A stretch of DNA of 63,898 bases, filler included, from Choristocarpus tenellus KU-1152 (Eukaryota; Protista; Phaeophyceae), in NCBI GenBank assembly GCA_964200185.2. It is 9 parts of 9 records of this genome, joined end to end, with 100 filler letters (N's around TTAATTAATTAA, not from the genome) between each part and the next. Parts side by side here need not be neighbours in the genome. Positions count along the whole stretch, not along the records: positions 8,891 to 21,789 come from CAXNAD020001669.1; positions 21,890 to 27,908 come from CAXNAD020009155.1; 7 more parts are not named here. The stretch is one strand, 5' to 3'. Of the stretch, positions 12,301 to 25,859 are shown in pieces. The notes below the pieces were generated by a model. It made no database searches, was not told the origin of the DNA, and saw only the letters and a program-made list of their open reading frames with translations. How positions within the stretch are numbered: the first letter of the stretch is position 1; every line of letters begins with the position of its first letter. The position numbers and the translations under genes were made by a program.

Positions 12301-15300
12301 GCCTAGAATGTTCACCCCAGAGCAATAATGACCAAGTGAAGTCCAAGATCCGAACCATCACTCAATTCCAGTCCCAATCATTGTTACCCCCCCTTCTCTC
12401 TCCCAATGCCAAACCTAAATCTCAACACTGGTCCTACTAATCCCAGCACTTGGCTTTGAATGTAAAATAAACCAAAATCTTGACTTGAATCCTAGCCCCC
12501 CTCCCCCCCCACCAAAGAAAAAAAGTCTTCTGCCACCCATTCCTTACTCTGTGGTGGTGCATAGATAGCTGCCAATGTCAGTTCTGGGTGTGGAGATACA
12601 ATATCACCCAAACTCATCTTGCAATCCAGGTCGCCCAATGTCCGGGTGGGCATCAGCACACCTGCTACCTGAAAGTAGCAACCACAGAGAGCATCACGGT
12701 CAGCTCCAAAAAGGGGGGGGAAGGGGTTGAGGGGAGTACAGACATGGTTGCACAATGAAATTGATCTTCAGTTACAGGCAAAGGTCAGTCAGCAAATGCA
12801 ACTCTCTACATTGATTATGCCAAATCTATTGCTATCCACAGGCATTAGACAAACACACCAATTTGCCAAATCTCTGTACCTGAAACAGTCATACATTCTT
12901 CTTTCAAACGTCAGAACCATAGAACCCACTTACATCACAAGCCATGATTAACCCTGAACTTTAACCCCCCCCTCCTCTTGTTCCCCCCTACTCGCAAGCA
13001 GTATATAGGTTTTATATCCCCATTCCACATACAGTACCAAGATTCTCCTAACTAAAGTCTGCAATCATCTTACTCTGTTGTTAATTATGGTACCCCCCAT
13101 AGCAATGACCCTTTCCACCTCCCGCTCATTCTGCGTTGAGTGTTGCGGGCACAAAGTTCGCATCTTGCCAGCGTGATCCACGTAGAGACCGGCTGGGGCG
13201 TGGGCAGGGGCATGGGGGAGGGGTCAATCACACCAAGTATAAAGAATAGTGGTAACTTGACCCTACTACTGGAATAGTCTGGAATTAATGGAACACTACA
13301 GCAAAAAGGTATTTTGCTACAAGAAGCTGGCATGCCTTACAACTAAAGGTAAATATTGCTGACCAGAGCAGACCACACTCAAGAAGACCTTAATGCCAAA
13401 TTGCTACCTCTTCAAGGACAAGTGACACACAATGTTCAAGCTCTGGTTTAAGTTGGCTTGAGATTCAGAATACCCAAACAGGACAAGGTGATATATTTTT
13501 CTCGTAAGAATGTGTCTAGTGAAGGAGGGCAAAATATCACATGTCTACAGGGAGTTACCCAGGCACTCTCACCCGAGTCACCTACACCCGCCATGACCAG
13601 AACTCCATCCTGGAATGTGCTCAAGAGCGCTGTCGATCCACTGAGATCTCCTGACTGCTGGGCCCACTCATTGTGCACCTGATACAACCATTGAGTGGTG
13701 TTCCATGAGATACCACTCAGTAGCTACCCCACCACTGCACACACAGTCATTTGCACTCAATTAAAGCTTAACTCCAAAGCTCAACCAAATTACCTTCCCC
13801 TGTTCAAAGTGTTGACCTTAGCCAACCTGAAATGTAGCAATGTACTGCCTTGTACTGCACTAAAACTGCAGAGTACAACATTAGACCACGTCAGTATCTA
13901 CAGTAACCTACCTACCCACGACAAATTTGATGTGTTTATGGCCTCCTGGGAAACAACAGTCCAGACCAAGGTCTGGTGTAGACCCCCCACTCCCCCTAGA
14001 TACTTTGAGCCTAAAAATACTCTTGGGACCAAAACGATGTAACGTGTGTGATCCCACCACAACTAGGACTTCAATCATGCTCACTCCCTCACACAGTCGC
14101 ATCCAAAATGACAAAGAAAAGACCACACACACTTTGCAATAAACCGTAGGTTTTTGGAAGAGAGACAGGATAAGAGTCGCAATTAAATCAAGGGGAAGGG
14201 GATAGGATATTTCTTCCATAGCATACACACCAACAGTATACATGATGTTAAGAATAATCAACGGGATGTGTTTACCCAAGAAACACTCCTTACACTTCTA
14301 TCCTGTTATTACCTATCTTGACATTGCTCCAACAGATAAAAACAAGAGATGCACTGACAGAAGAAAAAATATATGTTTTAATCCTCTATGGTTGCTTGGA
14401 CATCACTATCAACTTCTGAAAGCAACTATGCATTCTCTTTCCCCCAGGCTAGGCATTCCAATATCGCCACCCCATTTGTGAACACATAGTTCATACTTTG
14501 AAGAACATACCATACTACAAACTCGAAAGTATCAATGAGTAGAAAATACACTCTCACCTGTGACCACAGGTAACCTCCAAGGATTAGAGTACTTCAAAGA
14601 ATGATATTACAAAGAGCCAAAGTATCTTAGAGGGTAGAGTCGCGTCCATTTGGGGGCCAAAATCCAATGTTGCAATCTTGGTGTAATTTTGGCTATCGCA
14701 TTTGCTAGGAAGTATCAATATCCATATTCTGGACACACCATTTCATAACGCATTTATTTAACCTACTCCAAAATATTTTGGTCATAAAGAAAAACATGGG
14801 AAGCCAAGCCCCAAATGGACAAACAGGGCAAAACTCGAACCCTCTAAGATACTTTCACTTAAAAAACATGGATCTTGCATCATCCCATTGACACACCTCA
14901 GATCAACAAAAACTTGATTGAGTGAAAATGTGACGTATGGGAGGAAGGGGAGGGATTGAGGTATCCATGCTATCTGACCTTCTCCAGCTCGGCGAAAGTA
15001 TCACACGTAGCACAGGCCCGCCTCTCAAATGGTTTCAAATCCTCATCATACAGTACAGGGCTGTGAGCCATGACTTCTGCAACACTGTCAGTGAGGAACT
15101 GGCAAGAAGTAGTCATCAAGGCGGGAGAGAGGTAACAATATATATCAGGGCAGGGGAGATAAGGAACAGGCATAGTAACAGGAGGAAGAAACTTAAGATC
15201 GCATGATGACAAGGTCAGAGAAGTCTTCCTGGAGCCTGACATTTGATCCTCTCTCGTCTATGGCAGAATGTTGTACATGTACTAAAGACTACAGACATTA

Positions 15301-16736
15301 ACAATGTGTCACAATAACACCCATGCCCATGAACTCACACACATGCATTATTTTCAGTTACACAGCTCATCATCAGAAGACGAGTTACTATGTCACTCGA
15401 CAAACCTCTGCATATCTTCAAACTTTGTTCAATAAGCCCCTCAGATCGCCATCCACTACCTCCCCCTTGAAGCACTATCTCTTCACTTGAAACCAAAACA
15501 TATCGATCAGTCATCCCCTCTCACCTCTTCGACAATGAGAAACTACTCATGCCACCATAAAACCCCAAAACAATAGGGACATTCTTCCCCACCTCTGCAC
15601 AAGCAGTCCCTCCATGACCATCAAACACGCCGAAGAGCGCAAATGGCGTCTGATCTATTTCATTGATGCCCAAATCCTTCCTGGTATCATCCGCAATCTT
15701 GGGGACGACAGCCTGATGCACAGCGATCCTGTGAACCACCCATGGACAAGCCGTAAACATCAGCAAGGAGTCGTGTATGCCTGTACGTGAAGGCAGCAAA
15801 TACACCCCACTTACATCCATTTTTCCCCACATGCAACAAGAGTGCTATTATTTTGCACTTATGCGGATGAGGCGTAACCTCTGTTAAGCGGGAGGTTGCG
15901 GAGAGTTAGCTAACCTGTCCTCGGATGGTGCCTCCGTCACCAGGTGCTTGTATCCTGTTGTTGTATAGGTGAAGATGTCTTTGATTTTCGCCTTATCAAG
16001 ACCCTTATTTTGTTCAACATCCCTGTAGAACTGTGGATTCAACAAACGGAAGAAAATATTGCGCATAACAGTAGAGATAAGGAGGGGGCGTGGTCGGTGT
16101 TGTCATGTCTCATGACGTGACATGTGGTAATGCCTTGGTGCCTTGACATTCGGCGTAAGGTAACTTCGAAATCAGGACATTGTGGCGAGATAGTCAAGGC
16201 CTTCGGTGATGTGAAGCACAGGTGTCAGTCATGCATAGTTCCACCCATTGCAGGGAATTTCTACCTGTATTGCATTGCTCATACAGAACGGAAAGGGGTG
16301 GGTAGTAAGTTGTGTGTTACATAATACCTCCTCTTCCCTTCCCCCACACATGTTGAAAAGACAGTGAATATGATACATCTCTAGCAAAGGCATGCATTGG
16401 TCACGTGTGCCGGTGGCTGACCTCGTCGAAGATTGTTTGCATACTTCTGAAGTTAGAACGGTAGGCTCCCTGCGACTGCCACAGATCCTTTCGAGCCCTT
16501 GTCCGTCGGAGGGGGTGGGGACGACCCGGGAATGGCCGTCCCTCATCATCTTCAGGATAATTAACCTCGATCGCTCCGTTGCTCATTTCCTTGACCGAGT
16601 CTTCGCTCGGTGATTGTGTTATATGCCCTGAATCGTCCTCGACTGGGTCGCCAAGAGCAGACCTTTTTATCGGCTCAGCCACGTGTTCATGACCTTGTAA
16701 GGGCGCCATCTCCTCATTTTTATTTCGATCATTCAT
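9333..16736 (-). CDS. PP2C: Protein phosphatase 2C (PPM family), complete 11-exon gene
   Basis: Phase-consistent GT-AG exons: 16736-16422, 16030-15915, 15728-15593, 15098-14979, 13678-13573, 13192-13074, 12668-12548, 11931-11832, 11408-11104, 10167-9999, 9572-9333. PPM motifs occur in order: PSEDR, FGVFDGHGG, SGSTA, AGVGDS, QH...EVERVIAMGG, LMPTRTLGD, VLASDGLWDVM, SRDDISVVVI. Confidence 0.93.
14614..14860. mobile_element. MITE family A copy 1 (PIF/Harbinger-like), inside a PP2C intron
   Basis: TIRs GAGCCAAAGTATCTTAGAGGGT ... ACCCTCTAAGATACTTTCACTT, flanked on both sides by AAA. It aligns over its length with the reverse complement of 26973-27234. Confidence 0.88.
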
Positions 16737-19700
16737 CAGACACTATTCTACACAACCCTACAATTTCAGATAAAACTCCTTGAACTCTCTCACTTCCAAG
16801 ACAAATGTCGCTCAAACCCAGACCTTTCTAAACCCTGGGAGTTGTGCGAAGTGCTCCAAAAAAAATAGTTTACTTGTCCAACGAATTGGAATTAGCCAGA
16901 CTATTTCCTTGGGAAACTTAACCATCGAGCACCTGAAGGACCTACGCAACGTAGTTCACCTTCACCCACAACTTTCTCCATGCAGAGTTCCAGATGTCTG
17001 GAATATGATGGGGCTTACAAACACAACCTGAAAATATTTCAAACACAGAATATTTGTGGAAGAGAATTGAGGGGTATCTATCCACACAAGAGTATTATAT
17101 GATTATTAAAACAAGGGTTAGGGATACGTAGATGACAAAATTCGCATTTCAACTCGCAACCAAAACAATATACCCAAATACTGTACAATGTGGTAGACTT
17201 ATTGACAGGAATTGATATATTTCGTTGTTGGACTTTGTTTGAAGATGCTACACCCTACAATAGTTTATATTATCGAGTGACATTTAAAGGTATCGATAAA
17301 CATCAAACTCTTCTCGTTTAGATTCTTAATACATTTGTTTCTTCGAATAACTTTGTGACCTATTAATCAAAAAAGGCATGGGAAAACCCTTACCATGATG
17401 TCATCGATTCAAATACTAGGATGTATTCGTAGAAGAGATGGATCTTCGAGACATCTTTCACACAAGATCCCATTTTCTTATCCTTATTGTCTTCGATATT
17501 TTGGTGTTCCTTCAACACTCCATCAACAACCACTATTCTCTTTTGGAATAAGCTTGTTTGATCCATCGAAAGGTCAGATTTTCACTTCCACAATTTTTTT
17601 TTAACAGGTGTAAGTGAAAGAATACTATTGTAATATATAAATTTTAAGAACCACTTTCCATTGTCGAATGATAAAATATTCATCAACTTACAATATTTAT
17701 GTATCTTGACAAATACTTTAGACTATCCTTATTCGTTGCTGCTGAAAGTCACCCTCCCATACTATAATATACTCCAATCAACTACCACCACATAAAAAAA
17801 CATGATCGCAAACCTTGTTATACAACTTATGTGATCTTTCTTCCTACGTTGGTGCAATCCCATTCCTCTATTCCACTTAATACACAAGAAACATCGAATG
17901 TGGACACAACACTGGACACAAAAACATACACAACACCATATTAAGTTGAACGGTTGAACTACAGAAAAAAGTGAAAGGGCTATCTGATGTAATAGTTAAC
18001 ACATTAATACCTGTGTCACTACGCACGAAGAGGTGATAATTTGTGACAGCAAATCTCCCCTCTGTCCCTTTCCTGCTGATACGGCTGGAGCATCCTGCTG
18101 GTAGTTCTACGCTAATAATAATGTTGCACGCAGTAATTATGAGTGTGGATAGTTAAATAGAAAAAACACAGTGCAAAAGCTGTAGATTGAGAATAAAGCA
18201 ACAGCTTTCACCTATAATGTGACTAATAGAGGATAATTATATATAAATCTAGTAGTAGTAGTGCAAACTATACACACCGATATATACATACGCATAATAT
18301 TGTATTTGTGTGTTATCATCACCAATGGTTGCAGTGGTAGTATCGAAGAGATCTAGTAATATGTTGACAGTGTCAATTAGTTTGGAATCTGAGCTGACTA
18401 TAGTTGAATAGTGAGTATAGAATTTATGTAAATGTGAAGAATAACGTTGTCAAGATTATGCTTGACCATTTGTGAAAATAAGATTCAAAGTCATATTTTA
18501 TGTACGCATAAACAATGATGGGGGACATTCGGGATATTTAGGCAGGGTATTTGAACAGAAGAAATTGGTGGAATGTTGGAGTTGGTGTTTCTGACGTGTT
18601 CTAGAGAACTGTCGAGTCATTTACTGTAAGGTTTGGTGAGCCCCATCTGGTGATGGTGTCTCACTCTCTTCTCAACTCTGATAAAGCAAATAAACAGTAA
18701 TAAAACTGGTTGTGTGGGGCAACAGATCGTCAAGGACAGCTTAACAAACATAGATGTGGTAGGATCCGAGGGTCATCTCAATCTTCCAGAAACGAACATT
18801 TCAAAATGAGAATTGTCTTTGGATGGGAATTTGTAACATTGTACCTCCTCCTCTCTTTTTGTCTTTCATACATTTAACGCGTATTCTCACCCCAACAAAA
18901 GCCATATTTTTTCACACTTGTACATTATTGGTGAAGATCTGGACTATTGCACAGTGGTGGGAGGGATGTTCAAGAGGCAAATTTTAGTCTGGTGCTGTAT
19001 TCAGTTCACCACAGCAGTTCCCACTGTGCCAGAAGTTTGGACCCCGAGTTTTATACTGCGTTGTTCTAGATACACTTTCACAACCTGTTCCAGTGATTGC
19101 CTTGTCTCAATCTGCTCCATGGAGGCAGTAGTGGTTACAGGCGAATAGCGTGAGCATTTCTTTTCGTGTTCTAGAGAGCGCGAGCAGTAGATGTGATTCG
19201 TAACACATCAGTGGCCTTACAGAATAAATGCTGATTTCTTAGAAGTTGCAGGAAAGTTTTGTAATTTGAGTACATATCAACGGTTGGCAGATGTCTTTCG
19301 CTTTGTTTTCTGTAGAACTCTGGTGGATGATGCACGTAATGATTACTTTGACTGCCACAAAAGTACATCTTGACCCACTCTTTTTATCTCGATTGATCCT
19401 TAAGTTAAGCATTGAGCTAAGGAGTGATTGAAGCATCGAAAGAAGAGTAGCTTGACACCCATTCGTGGCTATCAACTGTGGACCCGCCGTAGCGTCGTCT
19501 TTAGATCGTTGGATTTTAGTTGCACATCCTATGAAGGTGAGTTCTGGAGCGTGCTGTAACAGTAGAACTCTCCTGTCTGTAAATAAGAACAAATTACAAA
19601 ACCTGTTAAATGATTAGCCTGGGTAACAATAGATGTTAGTATTGGGATAAGTTTTTTATTGCTGCATTCAAGACAAACACCAAGTTATCGGGATGGTAGG

Positions 19701-19969
19701 AAGTATGCACGTACCGGGTCGGAATACCACTACATGACCTGTCCCTCCCACAGCCCGTTGTACACTACCAGGAAGCAGTCTGTCTTACAAGGTGTTTGGG
19801 CAGCTAATAATATCAAGTTTTTCAGTGAGTGAGGCTACTGCTGCTGCCATAAACACCTACGTGGGAGTCTTCATTCGCAAAAGGACACAGATTTACTTCA
19901 AAACGGAGGGCAATGACGGTGACATGTTATCACTGTACCCTTGTTGCAAAATTAACGCTGGACATCTAC

Positions 19970-21789
19970 CTGTCGATGGTCTGACAGCTCCTTATCGATG
20001 GACTCGAGGACGGTGGAGTCGTTAGTGGGTTTTACACCAGGCGCACCGTGCCGCTTCTCTTTTAAAGTGACACATATGTCACATTTCATAAACTCGCCTC
20101 CTACCATCACCCAGATGATGGGCCTGTCCTCTCTGAGCAATCGGAGGAAGTACTCCTTGCTTACCCGCTTGGAAGTGTCGTCAGGATACACCCGTATTAC
20201 CTCTTTGCAAAAATCCTTGTATAGCTCCTAATTAAAAATGTTGGTTGTGCGGGCAAGTGAGGAGTTATTGAGAAGGAACACTCGAAGAACACCCCTGCAA
20301 CATCTCTCGAAGGCGGGCTGACCAATAACTTGACAGAGAACGCGGAAGACAGGATCAAGCAAGCTTACATCGTGCGTTACGAAAGAGCAAATTCAATGAT
20401 CTGATTAAATCCGCCATGAGTGTCATTCGGGTCGGGCCAAACTGCCGTTTGCAGAGGCGACAAAGGAGGCGAATCTACCATCATCATCATCATCGTGAAG
20501 CGCTTTGGACATACGAAGTACACACTATTACTACCAATTTCAGACCGGGCCCGGGGCCACAGAGTATGTGTGCTCGGCGTTGAAATAACATTTATTGTGT
20601 CTTCCTTCGTAAAATCGACAACGAATATCATAATGAATATTGATATATCGACATAGCAAACGAAAAAGATAGCACTTTGTATGAATCTTGACATGTTCTT
20701 TTAACCATAATATCAAACCGGTCAAGGTAATGAACATCCACCACTCGATATATTACTTAGATCCGCCTTTTCTACGTAATGCCAGATCACACGGTTTGCA
20801 TCTAACTCCAACACAGGGTGCAGCCAACCTCTCCACAACCAAGGGCAAAACCGACCTGTTTGTTCGCGGCGTAGATCACAATTGTTGACTTGTGAGGCAT
20901 GAACTGCTCGTATGTATCAACCCAGTAGTCTATCCAGGACATCACCAAGTCTCACTTCGGACCCATGTCCTTATCTTTGTTCGTGCCCTTCCTGTTGTAG
21001 TAGCGCACGTATGTATATGAATGGACGGGATATGTGTTGGAGGTGGATACGAGGGATGGGGGATGAAATCCTAGAGGTATCGTAGGGTTAGCAGTGGATC
21101 AAATACTCTGTAGATATTTACACGTGGTACATGATGCAGCAGCGTGGGGACGGTCGGACGAGATGATATTGTTGAAGCATGAAAAACATATCGCACATGC
21201 ATATACATACATAGGTCAGTCATTACTCCACGCTGGAGGGATCTCTAGCTTTGTATATCAGACATCTAGGCATGGTAACTGCAAAGTGAACCGGGTGAGT
21301 ATGGTCGGATCACGTTGTTCTCAGATAGGACTACTATTGTGAGTTCAAGCAGGGGGGAAACAAGACCTTGGTACAAATGACACTGTGTACCTACTTCAAA
21401 CCCACCAATCCACGCCGACGGGTGCTCTTGCGTTAGGTGTACCTTTGCAGGCATCGATGACATGATTCGATATCCCGAACGAGGCCTTGAAAAAAATCGT
21501 ACAGACAGGAATGCCGCCCGCGAGCATAGATCCACATCAAGGTTCCAACTTAATCACAGGTACATGCTCGCCAACGAACTCCTTGCGATCGTGGCGGTTG
21601 TCACATGCCTGGATGATGTCCTGCTCTTTGGCCAAGGTGCGTGCAAAGAAGGACTCGCCATCTGCCACGAACTTCTGCACACAGGCTAAGCGCGTGCAGT
21701 AGCCATGCTGTTCGTTGACTGGGATGGGGTCAATCCATCCCAGTCGAAGCTTGGCGCCGGTCGCTGAAGCGTCATTGGCACGAAGCTCC
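19970..21789 (-). pseudogene. Intron-containing DNA transposase-like pseudogene (Sola-like N-terminal half)
   Basis: Phase-consistent exons ~21789-21406 (CTRLACVQKF...PVCTIFFKASFGISNHVI), 20991-20856 (SWIDYWVDTYEQFMPH) and 20227-19970 (VSKEYFLRLL...GEFMKCDICVTL...DHRQ). In-frame TGA stops lie at ~21537 and ~20952. The VC..FF...FGIS and F.KCD.C motifs recall Sola-type transposase N-termini; this family assignment is inference. Confidence 0.6.
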
Positions 21790-22335
21790 NNNNNNNNNNN
21801 NNNNNNNNNNNNNNNNNNNNNNNNNNNNNNNNNTTAATTAATTAANNNNNNNNNNNNNNNNNNNNNNNNNNNNNNNNNNNNNNNNNNNNCAGCGAAACAA
21901 AAAACGCAACCCCCCCCACACCCCGAACCAAAACCCATAAATATTTAACCGGGGGCCCCCCCCGCCCCCCCCCCCCCCCCATGAAAAATTTGATGATTGC
22001 AATACTGCAGTAGTGTTGAAAAAAAAAATGTATTGGGGATCTTGCTTGTGTTCGCTAGTGCAGCATCCTCTGCTATAACTCCTACATCTCCTTTTCTACT
22101 GCAACAATGGTATGACAAAGCATTGGAGGCTAATGCCCTTCTTCAATGCTGCAGTACTGCTCAGCTACTCAGGATCTCACACACAAAAATACCACAGCAA
22201 AGACCACTCCATGAGAAGCCCAAGGGGGTTGGGGGGGGGGGGGGGGGCACAAGACGAAGTTATGGGGGCCAAAAAACGTGACAACCCTCCCTCCCTCNNN
22301 NNNNNNNAAGACCCAAACAAGACACCACCCCGAGA

Positions 22336-22372
<37 letters not shown>

Positions 22373-22465
22373 ACAAGTCGAAGTTATGTGGGCCAACATA
22401 CGTTCCAAACCTCCTTCCCTCATACAGAACAAGAAGATGTTTCCAAAGGCAAGCACCAGCAAGAT

Positions 22466-22545
22466 ACAATAATAATAATAACATTAACAATAATAATAAC
22501 AATAATAATAGTAACAATAGTGATGATTCTAACAATAATAATCAT
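22466..22545. repeat. (AAT)n-type microsatellite; other microsatellites are (AC)n 3740-3770 and (ATGT)n 33491-33520
   Basis: Visible simple repeats. Confidence 0.85.
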
Positions 22546-24002
22546 ACAGCAAAAATAAAGATAATATTCAGTTACATAAAATGTAAGACTGTGAAAACGC
22601 AAACAAACAACTGCAGAGCATGATCCATGTCTGAGACAATACAAATGGGCGATGCAGTCCCCTTCCCCCTGCCCCCTGCCCCCACTCATCACTGTGCTGA
22701 ACACCAAGAGACAGTTCTAGCTACAGTATCTTGAATTCAAAAGAGTCACTTGGCATGTTAGGGAAGCACCTCTCTTTTTTCATTTTCCAAACACAATCAT
22801 TACCGAAAAAAATAGAAAATCACACTTTTTGAAGGCAGGGTTTGGAGTAGGATGTAGTAGTGTTAATGAAACAATCAATTTAACCCCTAACCCTTAAGTA
22901 CAATATGTACCTTGAGAGATGTGCTACCGGATAACTTCAAAGTATTATTGGATAAACACGAACAGCGGATTGGCTGGGTTGAAAGCCCATATATACCGAT
23001 CCTACCTTGGCTCTTGACAAAACAAGCCCTACTCAACTCTGCTTCAAGGTCAAGTGGGTCAGAAACTGAAAGGTCAAATCATCCTCAGTAAACATGCAGC
23101 TTGATTATTGCACCATAGGCATTCCTGTGCCATGTCAGGGGGAGACATGCATGCAAGAAACATGCAATGAAATTCACAGGTCATTTCGTCCAATCAAAGC
23201 AAAGGACTGCTGCAGGAATAGCACCTAACTAAACATCACAATGAACAGACTCATTACCCAGAAAACAATTCAGCATCATCAACAGGAAGTGAAGCCGATA
23301 AAAAGTATAACACCATACTACACATACACCGACAATCAAAGATCTAAAGGCAGCAGTAACATCCACCTTATTGACATCAAGCAAGTTTTCGCGCATATGG
23401 CAAGGATTCTAGCTCAATTTGCCAAAAAAATTCCCACCCGCTCTCCCTCAGACATAAACCCTAACCCTAACTTGCAAGTCAATCCTGCAACAAGGGCATC
23501 AAAAGTTGATCGTGCACATCAACCTTTTTTACTACTGGGCCTGTGTAACCACTTCATAGTCATCTCTTCGTATCCATCTACCAAAGGTCAAATAAAATCT
23601 AAAAATGAAGAGTATTACAATGTGGAAATAATGTGTGTTGAATCAATACGTCAACACGCTGTAAACCGCAGGGAAACAAACAAACCGTAAGCATCAAAGA
23701 GCTGAAGATGGCATTACCTCAATCCTCATCATTGAAAAGGTACCCTCGAGCAAAATAAAGCCCACAAAAAAAAATCAAAATATTCAGAATTATCACAACC
23801 ATTCTCTTGCCATGGCAAAGACAACAAAGGTCATCATGACTGTGTCAGCATATCTCACCACTTTGTACTACTGTTACAGACGGTTGGGCAAACCTTCACG
23901 GTCAGAAACCGACCAAACAGTGAAAGTGCAACCATGTAGCACCGTAGAGCTATTAGTACCAAAAACGACGAGAGAGGGAAAGAGGTATGAATTGCCACAC
24001 AC

Positions 24003-25597
24003 CTGGCCAAGCGAAGCTGCTGCCAAGGGCTGGAGATCAAAACTGTCATACACTTCGCCAATGGGAACCCCAAACTCCTCCTCCACAATTTTTATCGCCT
24101 GCTCTCCTGGAAACCCTGGCACATTGTCCTGCAGTAGCACCAGTTCATTGATGTACTCTTTCGGCACAACATCAATCCTAGCGCGATGCATCAGGAAAAA
24201 GTCGGGGAGAAGGGGTTAGGGTCCAGGCTAGGGTTATGGTTATGGTTATTGTTATGGTGTAGGGGAGTGGCAACAGTCCAGCAGAGTCTGGGGTGAGACT
24301 GTTTCATTGTTAACACCGTTGGGTACAAAGAACATCCTGGCAAGAGGTCGAGTGGCCTAGAGGTGCAGGCCTTATCCTGTAGACAAGTAGTTCTGGTAGA
24401 GCAGCAAGCATGCGCAAATTTGGAGAACAGGGCAAACAACAATTGTTAGACATTCCCTTGAACCCGCATCACATTGCAGTAGGTTGCCATCAGGTCACCT
24501 GGTCGACAGGAGTTGCCCCAGCTTGATGAATGTGGGGCCCAGTTTGAGTAGTCCATCTTTTAGGAAGACAGCTATCTCGGAGCGCTTGGCGCTCTTCTCT
24601 GCTGCATCAGTTACCTGAACATCCCACAATTCCCCCACAAAAAAATATGTGATATCGTCCGCACGAAGAAGCATTGCCATCATCCCCATAAACGAATTGC
24701 GGGTAGGTAGTATGACCCAGCACATCCAAAAAAAGAGGCAGAAGAACATCAACGTGTATGGACTGGTTAACATTGAGGTTAGAGAATCGATTTTGATTAT
24801 CACTACTAGCACTATAATGGCGATCTGCTGTATATGTCAAATCCTGTGGCGGTCCAGAGTGGTCATCGTAGGCAGGTTGTTCAAGCTACCTTAATAAGGA
24901 GTCCAGGCAGATCCTAGTGCCAACATGGTGCACTCGAATACTGAGGTTTGTGATAGACGTTTGGACTCTGCAGCCTACCTTGCGAAGCTTTAGCTCTCTT
25001 GACACCACCTTGAGCCCGAACGACCAGATCCCGATCGCCCTCGATATTGCTGATCCATAGCCCTTACTGGCCCAGGACGACTCGATTGAGCTTTTCCAGT
25101 CAAGCAACACAAAACAAAGAAGCAAAAGCGGAAAGTCATTACTCTCTTCAAGAGGACGGCATCAAGCAGGCCTGCAATTTCTGCGAATTTCAAGTGAGTT
25201 GGAAAACCTAAGATTCCTCCCACGTTGAAAAATTATCTCACCTCACGTCATTGGAATCCACTGCCGCAGCATTGGCCGCTTCCTCGCCCTGCAACTCCCA
25301 GTCCCGCTGTATGTTTGTTGCCTTGGAGACCATCCGAGCAGCCAGCGCCTTGGTGAAGTCCCGCTTGCTGATCTCCCCTTGAGTTAAAGCATTGAAGATC
25401 TCACGCGTCTTCACATCTCCCCATGATGGAGAAGGCATTGTCGAGGCAACTTTCATCGTACAGACAGCAGCGCATCGGGTTCCCACCTTGGTGATCTTCC
25501 CATGGAAACAGGAGGAGCGAACAGCAGACGACGGACCAAATGCACCACCCTGACCCAGCAATCCCACCCCCAGGATCCAGAAGGTAGGCTGCTTCAT
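24003..25597 (-). CDS. ABC1K: ABC1/UbiB atypical kinase (plastid ABC1K7/ABC1K8-like), 5' four exons; 3' part not found in this contig
   Basis: Exons 25597-25242, 25090-24979, 24614-24499 and 24177-24003 have consistent phases. They encode the ABC1 signature LGPTFIKLGQLLSTR-IDVVP...ELVLLQDNVP...FDLQPLAAASLGQ. The N-terminus is a hydrophobic signal peptide ending in GGA-F. Confidence 0.92.
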
Positions 25598-25859
25598 CTC
25601 CCACAGTATTTAAGGACAACGCTTTCCCTGTTCTCCCTGAAACAGGGGCGGTCCCCTGTTCACCTCACCTTCCCCCTCTTGTGTTTCACATGAACAAGAG
25701 GATAGTTTTTTTTTGTGTAGTCATATGCATACGCATGTTTACGTCATTCACCCTGTCTGAAACGGCTGCATCATACCCAATGTTTACTCACAAGTGATAC
25801 ATGCAGCAATTTGATATTTGATATGATGTCAAAAAAAGTTGACAATGATACATATTATA

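Noticed and set aside
17050-18600. AT-rich segment as a possible endogenous viral fragment
   Set aside because: No sustained reading frame or recognisable viral motif.
22228-22415. Duplicated poly-G + CACAAG.CGAAGTTATG.GGGCCAA around a 10-N gap, and the Gly/Pro-rich ORFs there
   Set aside because: Most likely a low-quality second read of the same sequence after a poly-G run. The ORFs are homopolymer and microsatellite artefacts.
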